Shown one piece after another: positions 46,021 through 56,330 of a DNA stretch of 64,000 bases. The stretch is taken from NCBI GenBank assembly GCA_965261395.1, contig OZ253462.1, positions 4,032,001 through 4,096,000 on the forward strand, written 5' to 3'. A program made the translations under genes and the position numbers. The stretch's first letter is position 1. Each line of letters starts with the position of its first letter. The notes beneath the pieces are model-generated. The model worked only from the letters and a program-made list of their open reading frames with translations. It was not told the origin of the DNA and did no database searches. Source of the DNA: Candidatus Latescibacterota bacterium (GTDB lineage Bacteria > Latescibacterota > UBA2968 > UBA8231).

Positions 46021-47531
46021 TTCCAATTTTTGCGGACGGCGACCAGTGTTAGCGCGAGGGCACAGAGCAGGAGCGGCCAGTCCCCGTAGCGAGTGTAGAT
46101 CGTCTGTCCACGGTGCAGGGGCACGTCTATTGCAAAGGTCTCAGTGGCAAAAAGCGGCGTGCGATAGGCAATGCGCCCACTCGGTTCGATTAAGCCGGAA
46201 ATGCCGGTGTTGGCGGCGCGGACTACGGCGCGCCCGCTTTCTACGGCCCGCAGGACGGCCTGTGCAAAGTGCTGGTGCGGGGCCGCGGTGGTGCCAAACC
46301 AAGCGTCGTTGGTGGTGTTGACCAGAAAGTCTGGGTCTTGGGCCATCAGCGCGCGGGTGATTTCCGGAAAGATGGACTCGTAGCAAATAAAGACCCCGAA
46401 TGAGGTGTCACTGCGCGGAAGCCGCAGTGCTTTGTGCCTTGCTCCGTGGGCGAAGATGCCGCTTTCTGCTGTAAGCCCCCCCAAATACTGAAAGATGCCT
46501 GGAAAGGGCAGAAACTCGCCAAAAGGCACCAAGTGCACCTTGTCGGCGTAATCCACTACTTCCCCTTGAGCATTGAGGAGGAAGGCCCGGTTATAGACCG
46601 GAGCAGTGCGGTTTTGCGAATCGCCCTTGAGGCTGCCCACCAACATGGGTGTATCTAGTTCCTGCGCTAAGGCTGTTATCGAATCGACATAGGTCGCGTA
46701 CAAAGGGTCGCCGAAATAGAGCGGCAGGGCCGTCTCTGGGTAGATGATCAGCGCTGGTTTTTTCGCGACCGCCAAGTCCCGGGTGAGTGCGGCGTAGTGC
46801 CGAGCCGTCCAGGCCAGCCGGTTTTCCTTCCACTTGCGGTCTTGGGGGATATTGCCTTGAACGACGCCGACCTTGAGGGTGGAGGGTGGCGAATCCGGCA
46901 TGTCGTGCAGCCGATAGAAGCCCCATAGATGAACGGCGACCAGCAAGAAAAGAGGCAGGCTCAGATAGGAGATGAAAGCACGGTGCGAGAGGGCTTGGGC
47001 CAACGCGGCGTTGAATAGGACGATCAGGAAACTCAGGCCATAGACGCCGGTTATGGCAGCCCACTGTAGGAGGGGTAGGTTGAGGTACTGCGAATAGCCC
47101 AGTAGCTGCCAGGGGAAGCCGCTCAACATCCAGTTTTGTACCCACTCTAAAAGGACCCAGACGCCGGCTGCCGACCAGGCAAAGAGCGGGGAGGAAAAGT
47201 TTAGGCGGCGGCACACCACGACAAAACAGGCCAGATACAAGGCCATGTATATAATGAGCAGTCCATTAGTCGCCACGGCGGTCGTCAAGGAGAGGGTGCC
47301 GTACAATTGTAGGGTTTCGGTGATCCAGTAGGTGCGTCCGGTGGCCCAAGCGAGGCCGGCGACCAGCCCGAGGGCGAAGTGGCTTTGGGCTGGCAGCCAG
47401 TGCCGAGCCAAAAAGAGCGGCAGTAGGCAAATCCAAGCGAGGTAATACTGATCGAATTTGGGGATGCTAACTACGAAGAGCAGGCCCGAGAGTAGGGCCG
47501 AGGCCAGCAGGGGAAAGAGCCGCTGCTGCAA
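46017..47531 (-). CDS. lnt: Apolipoprotein N-acyltransferase
   Basis: GFPW..LGYSQ, QGNIPQ, PETA, KVHLVPFGE, ICYE, NDAWFG and RAANTGIS. Confidence 0.96.
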   Translation of the reverse strand: MQQRLFPLLASALLSGLLFVVSIPKFDQYYLAWICLLPLFLARHWLPAQSHFALGLVAGLAWATGRTYWITETLQLYGTLSLTTAVATNGLLIIYMALYLACFVVVCRRLNFSSPLFAWSAAGVWVLLEWVQNWMLSGFPWQLLGYSQYLNLPLLQWAAITGVYGLSFLIVLFNAALAQALSHRAFISYLSLPLFLLVAVHLWGFYRLHDMPDSPPSTLKVGVVQGNIPQDRKWKENRLAWTARHYAALTRDLAVAKKPALIIYPETALPLYFGDPLYATYVDSITALAQELDTPMLVGSLKGDSQNRTAPVYNRAFLLNAQGEVVDYADKVHLVPFGEFLPFPGIFQYLGGLTAESGIFAHGARHKALRLPRSDTSFGVFICYESIFPEITRALMAQDPDFLVNTTNDAWFGTTAAPHQHFAQAVLRAVESGRAVVRAANTGISGLIEPSGRIAYRTPLFATETFAIDVPLHRGQTIYTRYGDWPLLLCALALTLVAVRKNWN

Positions 47532-47532
47532 T

Positions 47533-47859
47533 TCAGACGCCTCGGTGCCAATCCTCGAGCCCTTGGCGCAATTTTTTTAAGCCACTCTGCTCAAGCGCAG
47601 TCATTGCGTTGCGAGAAAGGCCCAAACGCGCCGCGACTTGGCCGGGCGATTTCTTGTACTGATAGCGGAGTTGAATAACGCGCATCTCGTCGTCGGAGAG
47701 GGCTTGGAGAGCGCGGTGGACGAGCTGGCGCAACTCTTGGGCTTCGAGACGAGCTTGGGCATCTTCGGCGATGAGCAAGGATATGAAGCGCTCGTCGAGG
47801 CGGATGCGCTCGACCGGGGCGGTGGTGGGATTGTCGGGAACCTTATTGTAGATAGGCAT
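47533..47859 (-). CDS. Stand-alone sigma70 region-4 HTH protein
   Basis: AL..LSDDEMRVIQLRY...VAARLGLSR..M..LE..GLKKLR; no region 2. Start uncertain. Confidence 0.7.
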   Translation of the reverse strand: MPIYNKVPDNPTTAPVERIRLDERFISLLIAEDAQARLEAQELRQLVHRALQALSDDEMRVIQLRYQYKKSPGQVAARLGLSRNAMTALEQSGLKKLRQGLEDWHRGV

Positions 47860-47894
47860 AAAATAAAATCAGGGAGCCGCGAACGACTCCCTGA
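47860..47894 (-). terminator. Rho-independent terminator downstream of the tRNA
   Basis: TCAGGGAG / CTCCCTGA stem followed by TTTTATTTT on the minus strand. Confidence 0.75.
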
Positions 47895-47899
47895 AAAGG

Positions 47900-47976
<77 letters not shown>

Positions 47977-48034
47977 ACAAGCTACAAGCTGTAGATAATT
48001 AATCTAAAGGATGGGGCAGGCAGACGCAACCCTC

Positions 48035-49363
48035 TCAATTGCCGGCGGAGGTCAAGCGCCGGAGTTTAACTTGGGCGATGCGCTGGCCCTCGACTTTGAG
48101 GATGTCGAGCTCTAGATGATCAACCTTGAAGACTAGACCCTCCGCGGGGATGCTCCCCAAGTGGTCGTAGATAAATCCCCCGAGGGTTTCAAAGCCCGAC
48201 CTCGGCAGATCGATGGAAAGCAAGTCGTTGAGATCGTCTATGTCGATACGGGCATTGGCGATGAGCACCTCGCCGGGGACCTGCCAGTGGTGCAATTCCT
48301 CTTCCTCGTCGTACTCGTCTTGGATCTCCCCGACGATTTCCTCGACGAGGTCCTCGGTGGTGACCAACCCAGCCGTGCCGCCGTATTCGTCGAGGACGAT
48401 GGCGAGGCGAATTTTGTTGGCTCTCAAGTCGTTGAGCAGGACGTCGATTTTCTTGGTCTCGGGAATGTAATAAGGCTCGTGGGTAAAACGCAGATCGCCC
48501 TCTTGCTGACTGGTCAGTAGTTGGTCTATGGGCGTCGCCAAATTAACTTCGGGCCGGGCCACCAAGATCTGCAGCAAATCCTTGGCGTACACTAGCCCTT
48601 GGATGTGGTCCAGGCTTTCCCGGTAGATGGGTAGGCGCGAGTGTCCCTTGTCCTTAATGAGATCGAGTAAATCTTGCAGGGAGGCTGATTGGTCGATGGC
48701 GACCATGTCGACGCGAGGTACCATGACTTCGCGGACGACGCGGTCGTGGAAGCCAAAGACGCTCTCAATCATCTCGCGCTCGCCTTCCTCTAGTACGCCA
48801 GATTCGCCTTCTGACTCGACGATGCTGCGCAGTTCCTCCTCCTTTTCAGCGCGAAAATCCTCGTCGCTATAATCAAAGCTGCCGAGGAGTTCGAGGAGAT
48901 TGGTCAAGGGGAGGAGCAGCGCGTGTACAGGCGTATAGGCCAAGGCGACGACGGGTATGCACGCTTCATCGCCCTCTTCGTCAAAGCGGATGCGACGAGG
49001 CGTCGCGACGATCATGAAAAGCCCTAGCGCACCCAATAAGGCCACTGCCGCCGTGAAATAGTACGTGCGGAGATACGGCAATAGGAGGGCTTCTGCGAGA
49101 AAGAACAGGGCGAGGGCGAGGACGGTGACGCCGATGGCCTCGCCGAGGCGGGTCATCAGGCGCAGGCGCAAGCGCGGCTCGTAGATGCGGAGCATGGCGC
49201 GCCCATGTGATACGCCGCTTTCGGCCATCTTCTCCAGCACGGATTTGGAGAGAATGGTGAAGGTAGTCTCATAGCTAGCTACTAAGAAGAGCCAGACGAG
49301 GCTGATCGAGCCGACCAGCACGGCGCATGCGACGGAGGATAAGTCGACTTGCGGGGGTTCCAA
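48035..49363 (-). CDS. Hemolysin/CorC (CNNM-CBS-CorC) family protein
   Basis: N-terminal TM segments; VREVMVPR, HSRLPIY, DEYGGTAGLVT.ED.VEEIVGEI.DE and ETLGG. Confidence 0.93.
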   Translation of the reverse strand: MEPPQVDLSSVACAVLVGSISLVWLFLVASYETTFTILSKSVLEKMAESGVSHGRAMLRIYEPRLRLRLMTRLGEAIGVTVLALALFFLAEALLLPYLRTYYFTAAVALLGALGLFMIVATPRRIRFDEEGDEACIPVVALAYTPVHALLLPLTNLLELLGSFDYSDEDFRAEKEEELRSIVESEGESGVLEEGEREMIESVFGFHDRVVREVMVPRVDMVAIDQSASLQDLLDLIKDKGHSRLPIYRESLDHIQGLVYAKDLLQILVARPEVNLATPIDQLLTSQQEGDLRFTHEPYYIPETKKIDVLLNDLRANKIRLAIVLDEYGGTAGLVTTEDLVEEIVGEIQDEYDEEEELHHWQVPGEVLIANARIDIDDLNDLLSIDLPRSGFETLGGFIYDHLGSIPAEGLVFKVDHLELDILKVEGQRIAQVKLRRLTSAGN

Positions 49364-49401
49364 AAAGGCTCCTTTCGGGTAACGCGGCCGGCCAAGGCCG
49401 C

Positions 49402-49854
49402 TTAGGGAGAGAGGGAAGCTGTGGTAAGAAAGCGATCTGTTTCGCGTTCCATAGCGGCTAGTTGCTCGGGCGTGTCGTGTGTCCAGCCCGCTAGATGGAG
49501 TAGGCCGTGTACCAGCAGGCGAGCTAGTTCTTCTAAAGGAGGGAGGCTGAGCGCAGCAGCTTGCCGCTGCGCTTGGGGCAGAGAAATGTACACTTCGCCG
49601 CTGCTGTCCTGACTAGGTATGGTACCCAAATCGAAAGATAAGACATCCGTAGTGCCCTCCTTGCTGCGGTAGGTGGTATTGAGATCGCTCATATAGTCGT
49701 CGTCGACGAGGACTAGCTGGACTGCGTCCGGTAGTGCGTGGGCGTAGGCGACCTGCGCGGCGACCTGGTGCAGGGCTGCGAGTACGTCTGCATGCAGGGG
49801 GGCGAGGCCCTCGTCTTGGACTATGTGGAGGGGCCTATCTAGACGGTCTGCCAT
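49402..49854 (-). CDS. ybeY: rRNA maturation endoribonuclease YbeY
   Basis: LN..YR.K...TDVLSF, GEVYIS and HGLLHLAGWTH. Confidence 0.95.
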   Translation of the reverse strand: MADRLDRPLHIVQDEGLAPLHADVLAALHQVAAQVAYAHALPDAVQLVLVDDDYMSDLNTTYRSKEGTTDVLSFDLGTIPSQDSSGEVYISLPQAQRQAAALSLPPLEELARLLVHGLLHLAGWTHDTPEQLAAMERETDRFLTTASLSP

Positions 49855-52079
49855 TTGCGATTGGCCTTCTGCCAAGGGTATTCCATCCGGCTGTGTAGGA
49901 CGCCCATCAGCACGCGAATGAAGCTATCCTCTATTTTGAGCAAATCCCGCAGGGTCAGAGCGCACTCGTCGAGTTCGCCAGCGGTGAATTTCTGCTGGAT
50001 AATTTTGTGTACTAACTGGCGCATCCGGCTGGGCGTGCGCTCGGCGAGGGTGCGGGCTGCCGCTTCGACCGAGTCGGCCAACATCAGGATACCGGCCTCT
50101 TTGGTCTGGGGCTTGGGGCCGTTGTACCTGAAATCTTCCTCACGCACGCTCCGGTCGCCCAATTCCACGGCGCGCTCGTAAAAGTACTCGATGACGGTGG
50201 TACCGTGGTGCTGAGAGATTAGGTCGCAGATAGATTGGGGAAGGCCGTGTTCCTCGGCCAATTCGAGCCCCTCGCGGATGTGCGAGGCGATGATGAGCAT
50301 GCTCAGGTAGGGCATCAGATTATCGTGGGGGTTGCGACCGCCTTGCAACCCCTGATTTTCGCTGAAGTACTCAGGCTTGCTCACCTTGCCGATATCGTGG
50401 TAATAGCAGCCGACGCGAGCCAAAAGCGGGTTGGCGGAGATGGCTTCGGCGGCGCTCTCGGAGAGGTTGGCCATAATCAGGCTGTGAGTATAGGTCCCCG
50501 GTGCCCGGATGGCCAATTGGCGGAGCAAGGTCCGGTTGGGATCCGACAGCTCCAGCAGGGTGATATCCGTGGTGATGTGAAAGAGGCTTTCAAAGATCGG
50601 CAGCAGGCCGATGGTGAGGATGGGGGCGGCCACGCCGATGACGATACCGGGCAGGATGTGAGCGTATATCTGTTCGACCGGGAAGAAGCGCAACAGGTCC
50701 GCCGCCGAGATGAGCAGCGCATAAGAGATCGGTAGGAAGATCATGGGGCGGTAGAACTGATTGCGGTGGCGCACGTGCCGCACCGCATAGACGGCTATGG
50801 CCGCCGTTAGGGCACAGGTTATGGCTACGTAGAAGTCGGCAAAGAGGTTGCCGGCAAAGAGTGCTAACACAAACGAAAGCACCAAGCCAATTTGTGGCGT
50901 TAGCAGGATCGTCGCTAGCATGGCGGCGAGGGGGATCGGTATCCAATAGGGGGAGAGGTCGTGCGTTTTGATATAGGAGGCCGCGGTGGCTATGGCAACG
51001 GTCAAGATGGCTAAGAGGACGAGATGGCCAGGCTGGTCAAAAACAGCGCGTTCGTGCGTGGCGAGGAAGTAGCTGAAGACGAAGATCAGGAGTCCGGAGA
51101 TCGTCGCGGCCGCAGCTATTTGGATCAGGAGTTTGATCGGATGTTGAGATTGCTCTTGGGCGATGAGATCGGCCAGTGCGTCGAGTGCGTCGACATGCTC
51201 TTCGGTAACGGTGGCGTGCTTGTCGACGATGAGGTCGTCTTGGGCATAGATCCGCTTGATACTGGCCACGCCGCGCCGCGCCGCGTTCCTGAGGCGGGCG
51301 GTTTCCGGCTCGTCAATGGTCAGATTGGGGGCCACAAAGAGGCTTAGGAGCTCGTGTACGGCTTGGATGGCGTCGCGGTCGGCGATGGTGTGATACGTTT
51401 GGATGCGCGAGATCAATTCACCTTGTTTGAGCTTTTCTTCGCTATAGAGGGTTTCTATGTGCTGTTCCCGGTCTCCGAGGCGGACTTGGGCCGAGGGACT
51501 TAGGAGAATCGGCTGTTTGGAGGCAATAATGCCCGCGGTATAGTAATTGGCCAGAATCTGCCGACAGATGGCTTGGAAGTCGTGTACATAAGGTTCGCTG
51601 GCCGTGGAGAGGACGTTGATGAGGGTCGAAAGGGCATCGAGCGAGAGCGAACCGATGACTTGAGGGAGTTCGCGTTGGAGTTCGCGTTGCTTGAGCGAGT
51701 CGGCCATCTGGACCCGGATCCTTGGGATCATCACTGCAAAGACTGAGTCTAGCCGAGCTAGCTGCCGCTCTTGAATTAGGGGATCGCGGTGCAAGATGGT
51801 GGGGATCTCGGCGGTCTCTGCTTGGCGTTCGCGCTCCAATTCGGCATCGCTTTTGGGCACGCGAAAGAGAAAAGGGGCCTCAATGCGCTCTTGGGCGATG
51901 CTGCCGACGCGTAGCTGAGCGACATTGTAAGGACGCTGGTAGGGCGATAGGTAGGTGAGCAGGCCGATGACTAGGCCCGCCAAAGCAATATGAAACACCC
52001 TTAAGCTATGCGGGTGCCAAGGTTTGGGCTGATTACTGCGGCGTGTGGAGCCAAACCACTTGAATTTAAGCGCGTTCAT
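49839..52079 (-). CDS. 7TM-HD phosphohydrolase (PgpH-like)
   Basis: Extracellular domain, 7 TM segments, APGTYTHS, YYHDIGK, QHHGT, FRYNGPKPQTKE and LADSVEAA. Confidence 0.92.
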   Translation of the reverse strand: MNALKFKWFGSTRRSNQPKPWHPHSLRVFHIALAGLVIGLLTYLSPYQRPYNVAQLRVGSIAQERIEAPFLFRVPKSDAELERERQAETAEIPTILHRDPLIQERQLARLDSVFAVMIPRIRVQMADSLKQRELQRELPQVIGSLSLDALSTLINVLSTASEPYVHDFQAICRQILANYYTAGIIASKQPILLSPSAQVRLGDREQHIETLYSEEKLKQGELISRIQTYHTIADRDAIQAVHELLSLFVAPNLTIDEPETARLRNAARRGVASIKRIYAQDDLIVDKHATVTEEHVDALDALADLIAQEQSQHPIKLLIQIAAAATISGLLIFVFSYFLATHERAVFDQPGHLVLLAILTVAIATAASYIKTHDLSPYWIPIPLAAMLATILLTPQIGLVLSFVLALFAGNLFADFYVAITCALTAAIAVYAVRHVRHRNQFYRPMIFLPISYALLISAADLLRFFPVEQIYAHILPGIVIGVAAPILTIGLLPIFESLFHITTDITLLELSDPNRTLLRQLAIRAPGTYTHSLIMANLSESAAEAISANPLLARVGCYYHDIGKVSKPEYFSENQGLQGGRNPHDNLMPYLSMLIIASHIREGLELAEEHGLPQSICDLISQHHGTTVIEYFYERAVELGDRSVREEDFRYNGPKPQTKEAGILMLADSVEAAARTLAERTPSRMRQLVHKIIQQKFTAGELDECALTLRDLLKIEDSFIRVLMGVLHSRMEYPWQKANRKWQTV

Positions 52080-53032
52080 GAATCGGCCGAGGCGTGGGCT
52101 TCCTCATAGCTATCGTAGGCTTTGATGATCTTCTGCACGAGTGGGTTGCGTACCACATCCTGTTCGTTGAGCCGAACAAACGCCAAGCCGGCGATCCCAG
52201 TCAGAATTTTGGGCGCGACGACCAAGCCCGAGGGTTGGTCGTCGCTGAGGTCGGTCTGAGTAACGTCGCCGGTAACTACGGCCTTTGAGTGGCTGCCTAG
52301 CCGGGTGAGAAACATCTTCATCTGCTGTGGCGTAGTATTTTGGGCTTCGTCGAGAATAATAAACGAATCGTTGAGGGTACGGCCGCGCATGTAGGCTAGC
52401 GGCACGACTTCGACAATTTTCATGTCCTGCATCCGCCGCAGTCGCTCGGGTTCCATGAGATCTTGTAGTGCGTCGTAGAGCGGGCGTAAGTAGGGGTCAA
52501 CCTTGTCCTCAAAAGAGCCAGGCAAAAAACCGAGCTTCTCTCCGGCTTCGACGGCGGGCCGGGCGAGCAGGATGCGAGAGATTTGCTTTTGCCGCAGCGC
52601 GGCAACGGCCATAGCCACCGCTAGGTACGTTTTGCCGGTGCCAGCCGGGCCGACGCCGAAGACCACGTCGTTGTTGTCGATGGCTGCAAGATATTTCGCT
52701 TGGCCCTCGGTGCGGGCGTAGATAGCCGTTTTATAGGTATGGGCTACGGGGTTTGGGAAGGTGCTATGGTCTCCCTTGGGTGGGGTCGGACTACAATGAA
52801 TCAAGTTCTCTAGCTCGGCTGCTTCGAGGGGCGGGCCGTGGCGCATGCGTTTTATGAGGTGACTGAGGAAGCCATCGGCCTCGCGCACCGAGGCTTCGGA
52901 CCCCTTAAGCGTTAGCTTGTCGCCGCGGGCGACTAGGCGAATGCCGTATCTCTTTTCGAGATGAGCCAAGTGTTGATCGTTGCGCCCGAAGAGGGAGCGG
53001 CGATCGATGCCGGCGATGGAAATGTCCTTCAT
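52076..53032 (-). CDS. phoH: PhoH-family ATPase (YbeZ-like)
   Basis: GPAGTGKT, RPAVEAGEKLGFLPG, PLAYMRGRT, LDEAQN and VVRNPLV. Confidence 0.95.
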   Translation of the reverse strand: MKDISIAGIDRRSLFGRNDQHLAHLEKRYGIRLVARGDKLTLKGSEASVREADGFLSHLIKRMRHGPPLEAAELENLIHCSPTPPKGDHSTFPNPVAHTYKTAIYARTEGQAKYLAAIDNNDVVFGVGPAGTGKTYLAVAMAVAALRQKQISRILLARPAVEAGEKLGFLPGSFEDKVDPYLRPLYDALQDLMEPERLRRMQDMKIVEVVPLAYMRGRTLNDSFIILDEAQNTTPQQMKMFLTRLGSHSKAVVTGDVTQTDLSDDQPSGLVVAPKILTGIAGLAFVRLNEQDVVRNPLVQKIIKAYDSYEEAHASADS

Positions 53033-53057
53033 AGACCTAGTAGCTGGACAAAAATAC

Positions 53058-53109
53058 AAAAAGGGGTTTGAAATCCTTCCCTTAAGCCCGGGAAGGACCA
53101 AACCCCTTT
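53058..53109 (-). terminator. Rho-independent terminator after the LysM gene
   Basis: AAAGGGGTTTG..TCCTTCCC / GGGAAGGA.CAAACCCCTTT long hairpin with a T tract on the minus strand. Confidence 0.75.
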
Positions 53110-53145
53110 AAGTCTTGAGATTTATTTAAATCAAGTGGTTGTTAA

Positions 53146-53976
53146 TTACTGGGGAATTTCGAGGACTTGAGCAGGAAAAATCAAGTCTGGCGCGACGATT
53201 TGCTGCTTGTTAGCCTCGTAGATTTTATGCCATTTGCCGGCATTGTTGTAAAGTTCGGCGGCAATTTTGAAGAGGAAGTCTCCTCGGGTGACCAAGTACT
53301 GATTTTCGGCTACCCCGAACGGCACGGCCAAGACTTGGTTGGGGTAGATTAAATCCGGATCTTTGATTTGATCCTTATTCTTCCGGTAGATGCGGGGCCA
53401 CATGTAGGGATCGTCGTATACTTGTTCTTTTTTGGAGATATTCCACAAGTTGTCGCCCCGCACGACCGGGTAGTCAATGACCACGGGTTGGGCTATGCGC
53501 GCTTTGAGATCGGCGAGCATCTGGTCGATGGTAGCTAGCTTGTCCATCATCTCGGGCAGGGCGGCTATGTTGCTCTGCTTGAGCTCGGCGACTCGGGAGT
53601 CGATAGCCGTGACTTCACCGCGCCGCATAATGAGCACTTCTGGAGCTAGTGCTATCAGACCTTCGAGCTGGGCGATAATAGCGTCGAGTTCGCGCCCAAA
53701 GGCCATGACTTCGGATTCGGAGTGGCCCACTGCTTCGAGGATCTGGGCATTGAGGTCGAGGTTGGCCTGATCGAGCTGGGCAATCTGCATGCTAAGCCCT
53801 TCAAGCTGGGCGTTTAACTCTTCGATCTGGGTGTTAGCCGCGACCTCGCGGTTGACGAGCTCGTTCCCCAGAGCCATGTATTCCTCACAGGTCATCTTCT
53901 GCTCTTGAGCAGCGGTGTTTTCGCTCGCTAGGACTAGCAGTGCTAAAGCCAACCCACCAACAGACAACTTCTTCAT
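53146..53976 (-). CDS. Secreted coiled-coil protein with two LysM domains
   Basis: Signal peptide; YPVVRGDNLWNIS...IY..N..I.DPDLIYP.Q.L and YLVTRGDFLFKIA...IYEAN...LIFP.Q.L.IP. Confidence 0.92.
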   Translation of the reverse strand: MKKLSVGGLALALLVLASENTAAQEQKMTCEEYMALGNELVNREVAANTQIEELNAQLEGLSMQIAQLDQANLDLNAQILEAVGHSESEVMAFGRELDAIIAQLEGLIALAPEVLIMRRGEVTAIDSRVAELKQSNIAALPEMMDKLATIDQMLADLKARIAQPVVIDYPVVRGDNLWNISKKEQVYDDPYMWPRIYRKNKDQIKDPDLIYPNQVLAVPFGVAENQYLVTRGDFLFKIAAELYNNAGKWHKIYEANKQQIVAPDLIFPAQVLEIPQ

Positions 53977-53999
53977 GGTCGAACCCTTTCTCATTTAGC

Positions 54000-54272
54000 T
54001 TAGTTGGCGAGGTTGTTTTTGGTAGCGGCTAGTTTGTCTTCTAGTGCTTTTTTAGTGGCTTGCCGCTCGGCGAGTTCACGCTCGAGCTGTGCTTTTTCGG
54101 CCTGTAACTCGGTTACTTTCACTTCGGCGGCCAGAGTGGCTTGGCGTTGTTGTTCTAGATATTCCATGTCTTCCTGCGACGGAGCACGCGAACAGCTAGC
54201 GACGAGAGACAAAGCCACTACCGACAAGGCGACGCCTAAGTATCTCAAATTCAAAGTGGAAAGACAGCTCAT
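54000..54272 (-). CDS. Small coiled-coil lipoprotein
   Basis: Lipobox VASC followed by a heptad-rich helix; directly upstream of the LysM gene. Confidence 0.7.
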   Translation of the reverse strand: MSCLSTLNLRYLGVALSVVALSLVASCSRAPSQEDMEYLEQQRQATLAAEVKVTELQAEKAQLERELAERQATKKALEDKLAATKNNLAN

Positions 54273-54406
54273 TAAGTAGTTCCCCCACCTAGGCTTAAGG
54301 ATCAAACAGTGATCTTACATTAATATACGGGATATGGGCACAAATATAGGCGACCTATAGTGGATGTCAAGCAGAACAAGCGAAAATCTACCCCGCCTGT
54401 ACGTTT

Positions 54407-56191
54407 TTAGACAGACCGAATGCCCAATTCGCGCAACTGGCCCAAATCGACGGAAGAAGGAGCGTTTTCCATCAAGCCCACGACCTTATTAGTCTTGGGG
54501 AAGGCGATGACTTCGCGGATTGAATCTTCGTTGGCGAGCAGGGTGATCAGCCGGTCAAAGCCAAAGGCGATCCCCCCGTGTGGAGGGGCACCGTAATCGA
54601 GGGCTTCGAGGAGGAAACCGAATTTGGCTGCGGCTTCTTCAGCGCTGATTTCTAAAAGTTGAAAAAGGCGGGCTTGTAATGATCGCTGAAAAATTCGGAT
54701 ACTACCCCCGGCAATCTCATTGCCATTGAGGACCAAGTCATAGGCGCGCGCCCTGACGTCGGCGGGAGTGCTATCCAGTAGGGCGAGGTCCTCTTCTAAG
54801 GGGGCTGTGAAGGGATGGTGTACGGCGGTAAAGCGGCCGGCTTCCTCGTCGCGCTCTAGAAGTGGAAACTGGCTGATCCATAGGGGTTGCCAAGAGTCAT
54901 CGGACACTAGCGAGAGGCGCTGGGCGAGCTCCAAGCGCAGTGCTCCGAGTACCCGGGCAACCAGCTTGGGCTGATCGGCGACAAAGAGCAGGAGATCGCC
55001 AGGGGCGGATTCGAGGGCCTCGATCAACAGGGCTTGAGCCGCTTGGGGGAAGAATTTGACGATGGAGGATTCGAGGCCAGCGTCGGTGTGTTTGATCCAG
55101 CTAAGTCCCTTGGCACCTAGCCCTTGAGCGAAGGCAATTAAATCGTCGATTTGTCCGCGTGAAAACCCACTGCAACCCTTGACATTTATACCTTTGACTT
55201 GACCACCATTGTCAAGCACGGAATGGAAAACTTGGAATTGGGAAATGCGTGCTGCTGACGCTACATCTTTGAGCTCTAATCCAAAGCGCAGGTCGGGTTT
55301 GTCGGAGCCGAAGCGCTCCATGGCTTTGCGATAGGTGAGTTGCGGAAAGGGATTGGGTAAATTGATTTGGCGTAGCTGAGCGAAGAGGGTGCGGGTCAGA
55401 TCCTCGGCGATGGCCATGACGTGATTCTCGCGTACGAAGGCCATCTCGATGTCGATTTGGGTGAATTCGGGCTGGCGGTCGGCGCGTAAATCTTCGTCGC
55501 GGAAGCACTTAACGATCTGGAAGTAGCGGTCGTAGCCCGCGATCATCAAGAGCTGCTTGTAGGTTTGAGGTGATTGGGGCAGGGCGAAAAACTGCCCGGG
55601 ATGGACCCGACTGGGGACGAGGTAGTCTCGGGCTCCTTCGGGAGTGCTCTTGGTCAGAAACGGCGTTTCAATTTCTATAAAGCCACGCTCGTCGAGCAGA
55701 CGACGCACGATCTGGTACCCCCGGTGTCTGAGTAGCAGATTGCCTTGGATACGGGGTCGCCGGAGATCCAAGTAGCGATACTTGAGCCGGATCTCCTCGC
55801 CGGCATCGGTTTGATCCTCGATGAGAAAAGGAGGGGTCAGACAGCGGTTGAGGACGCGTAGCTGATCGCAATTGACCTCGATGGTCCCGGTGGGCAACTG
55901 GGAGTTGACCATGCCTTCAGGGCGAGCCTCGACTTCGCCTTGTACGGCGATGACGTACTCGCTACGCAAGTGATTAGCCTGCTGATAGGCGGTAGGATCG
56001 CGCTGCGGGTTGAAGACGATTTGGGTAATCCCATAGCGGTCGCGGAGGTCTATAAAAATGACGCCGCCGTGGTCGCGGCGGCGCCAGACCCAGCCCATCA
56101 GCAGGACGCGCTGACTGATGTCTTTATTTGTGAGAGTGCCGCAGTCGTGCGTGCGTTCCCAATGGCCCAAGCCTTCGCTCGGTTCTTCCAT
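54407..56191 (-). CDS. aspS: Aspartate-tRNA ligase (probably non-discriminating Asp/Asn type)
   Basis: RRDHGGVIFIDLRDR, RLKYRYLDLRR, LPQSPQ, FRDEDLRADRQPEFTQ and PPHGGIAFG; the His in RDHGG suggests the non-discriminating type. Confidence 0.98.
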   Translation of the reverse strand: MEEPSEGLGHWERTHDCGTLTNKDISQRVLLMGWVWRRRDHGGVIFIDLRDRYGITQIVFNPQRDPTAYQQANHLRSEYVIAVQGEVEARPEGMVNSQLPTGTIEVNCDQLRVLNRCLTPPFLIEDQTDAGEEIRLKYRYLDLRRPRIQGNLLLRHRGYQIVRRLLDERGFIEIETPFLTKSTPEGARDYLVPSRVHPGQFFALPQSPQTYKQLLMIAGYDRYFQIVKCFRDEDLRADRQPEFTQIDIEMAFVRENHVMAIAEDLTRTLFAQLRQINLPNPFPQLTYRKAMERFGSDKPDLRFGLELKDVASAARISQFQVFHSVLDNGGQVKGINVKGCSGFSRGQIDDLIAFAQGLGAKGLSWIKHTDAGLESSIVKFFPQAAQALLIEALESAPGDLLLFVADQPKLVARVLGALRLELAQRLSLVSDDSWQPLWISQFPLLERDEEAGRFTAVHHPFTAPLEEDLALLDSTPADVRARAYDLVLNGNEIAGGSIRIFQRSLQARLFQLLEISAEEAAAKFGFLLEALDYGAPPHGGIAFGFDRLITLLANEDSIREVIAFPKTNKVVGLMENAPSSVDLGQLRELGIRSV

Positions 56192-56330
56192 AAGTTACAC
56201 CTAAATAGTAAGATTGGATCGCAGGTGGGGGAAAAGATAAGGTAGAAGGTAGCTTGGAGGGTGTCAAGAAAGGGCGGGGTTGGTTGACATGGTGGTTTTT
56301 GGTTCTTTTAATCGAGAGGGGGAGATTTTT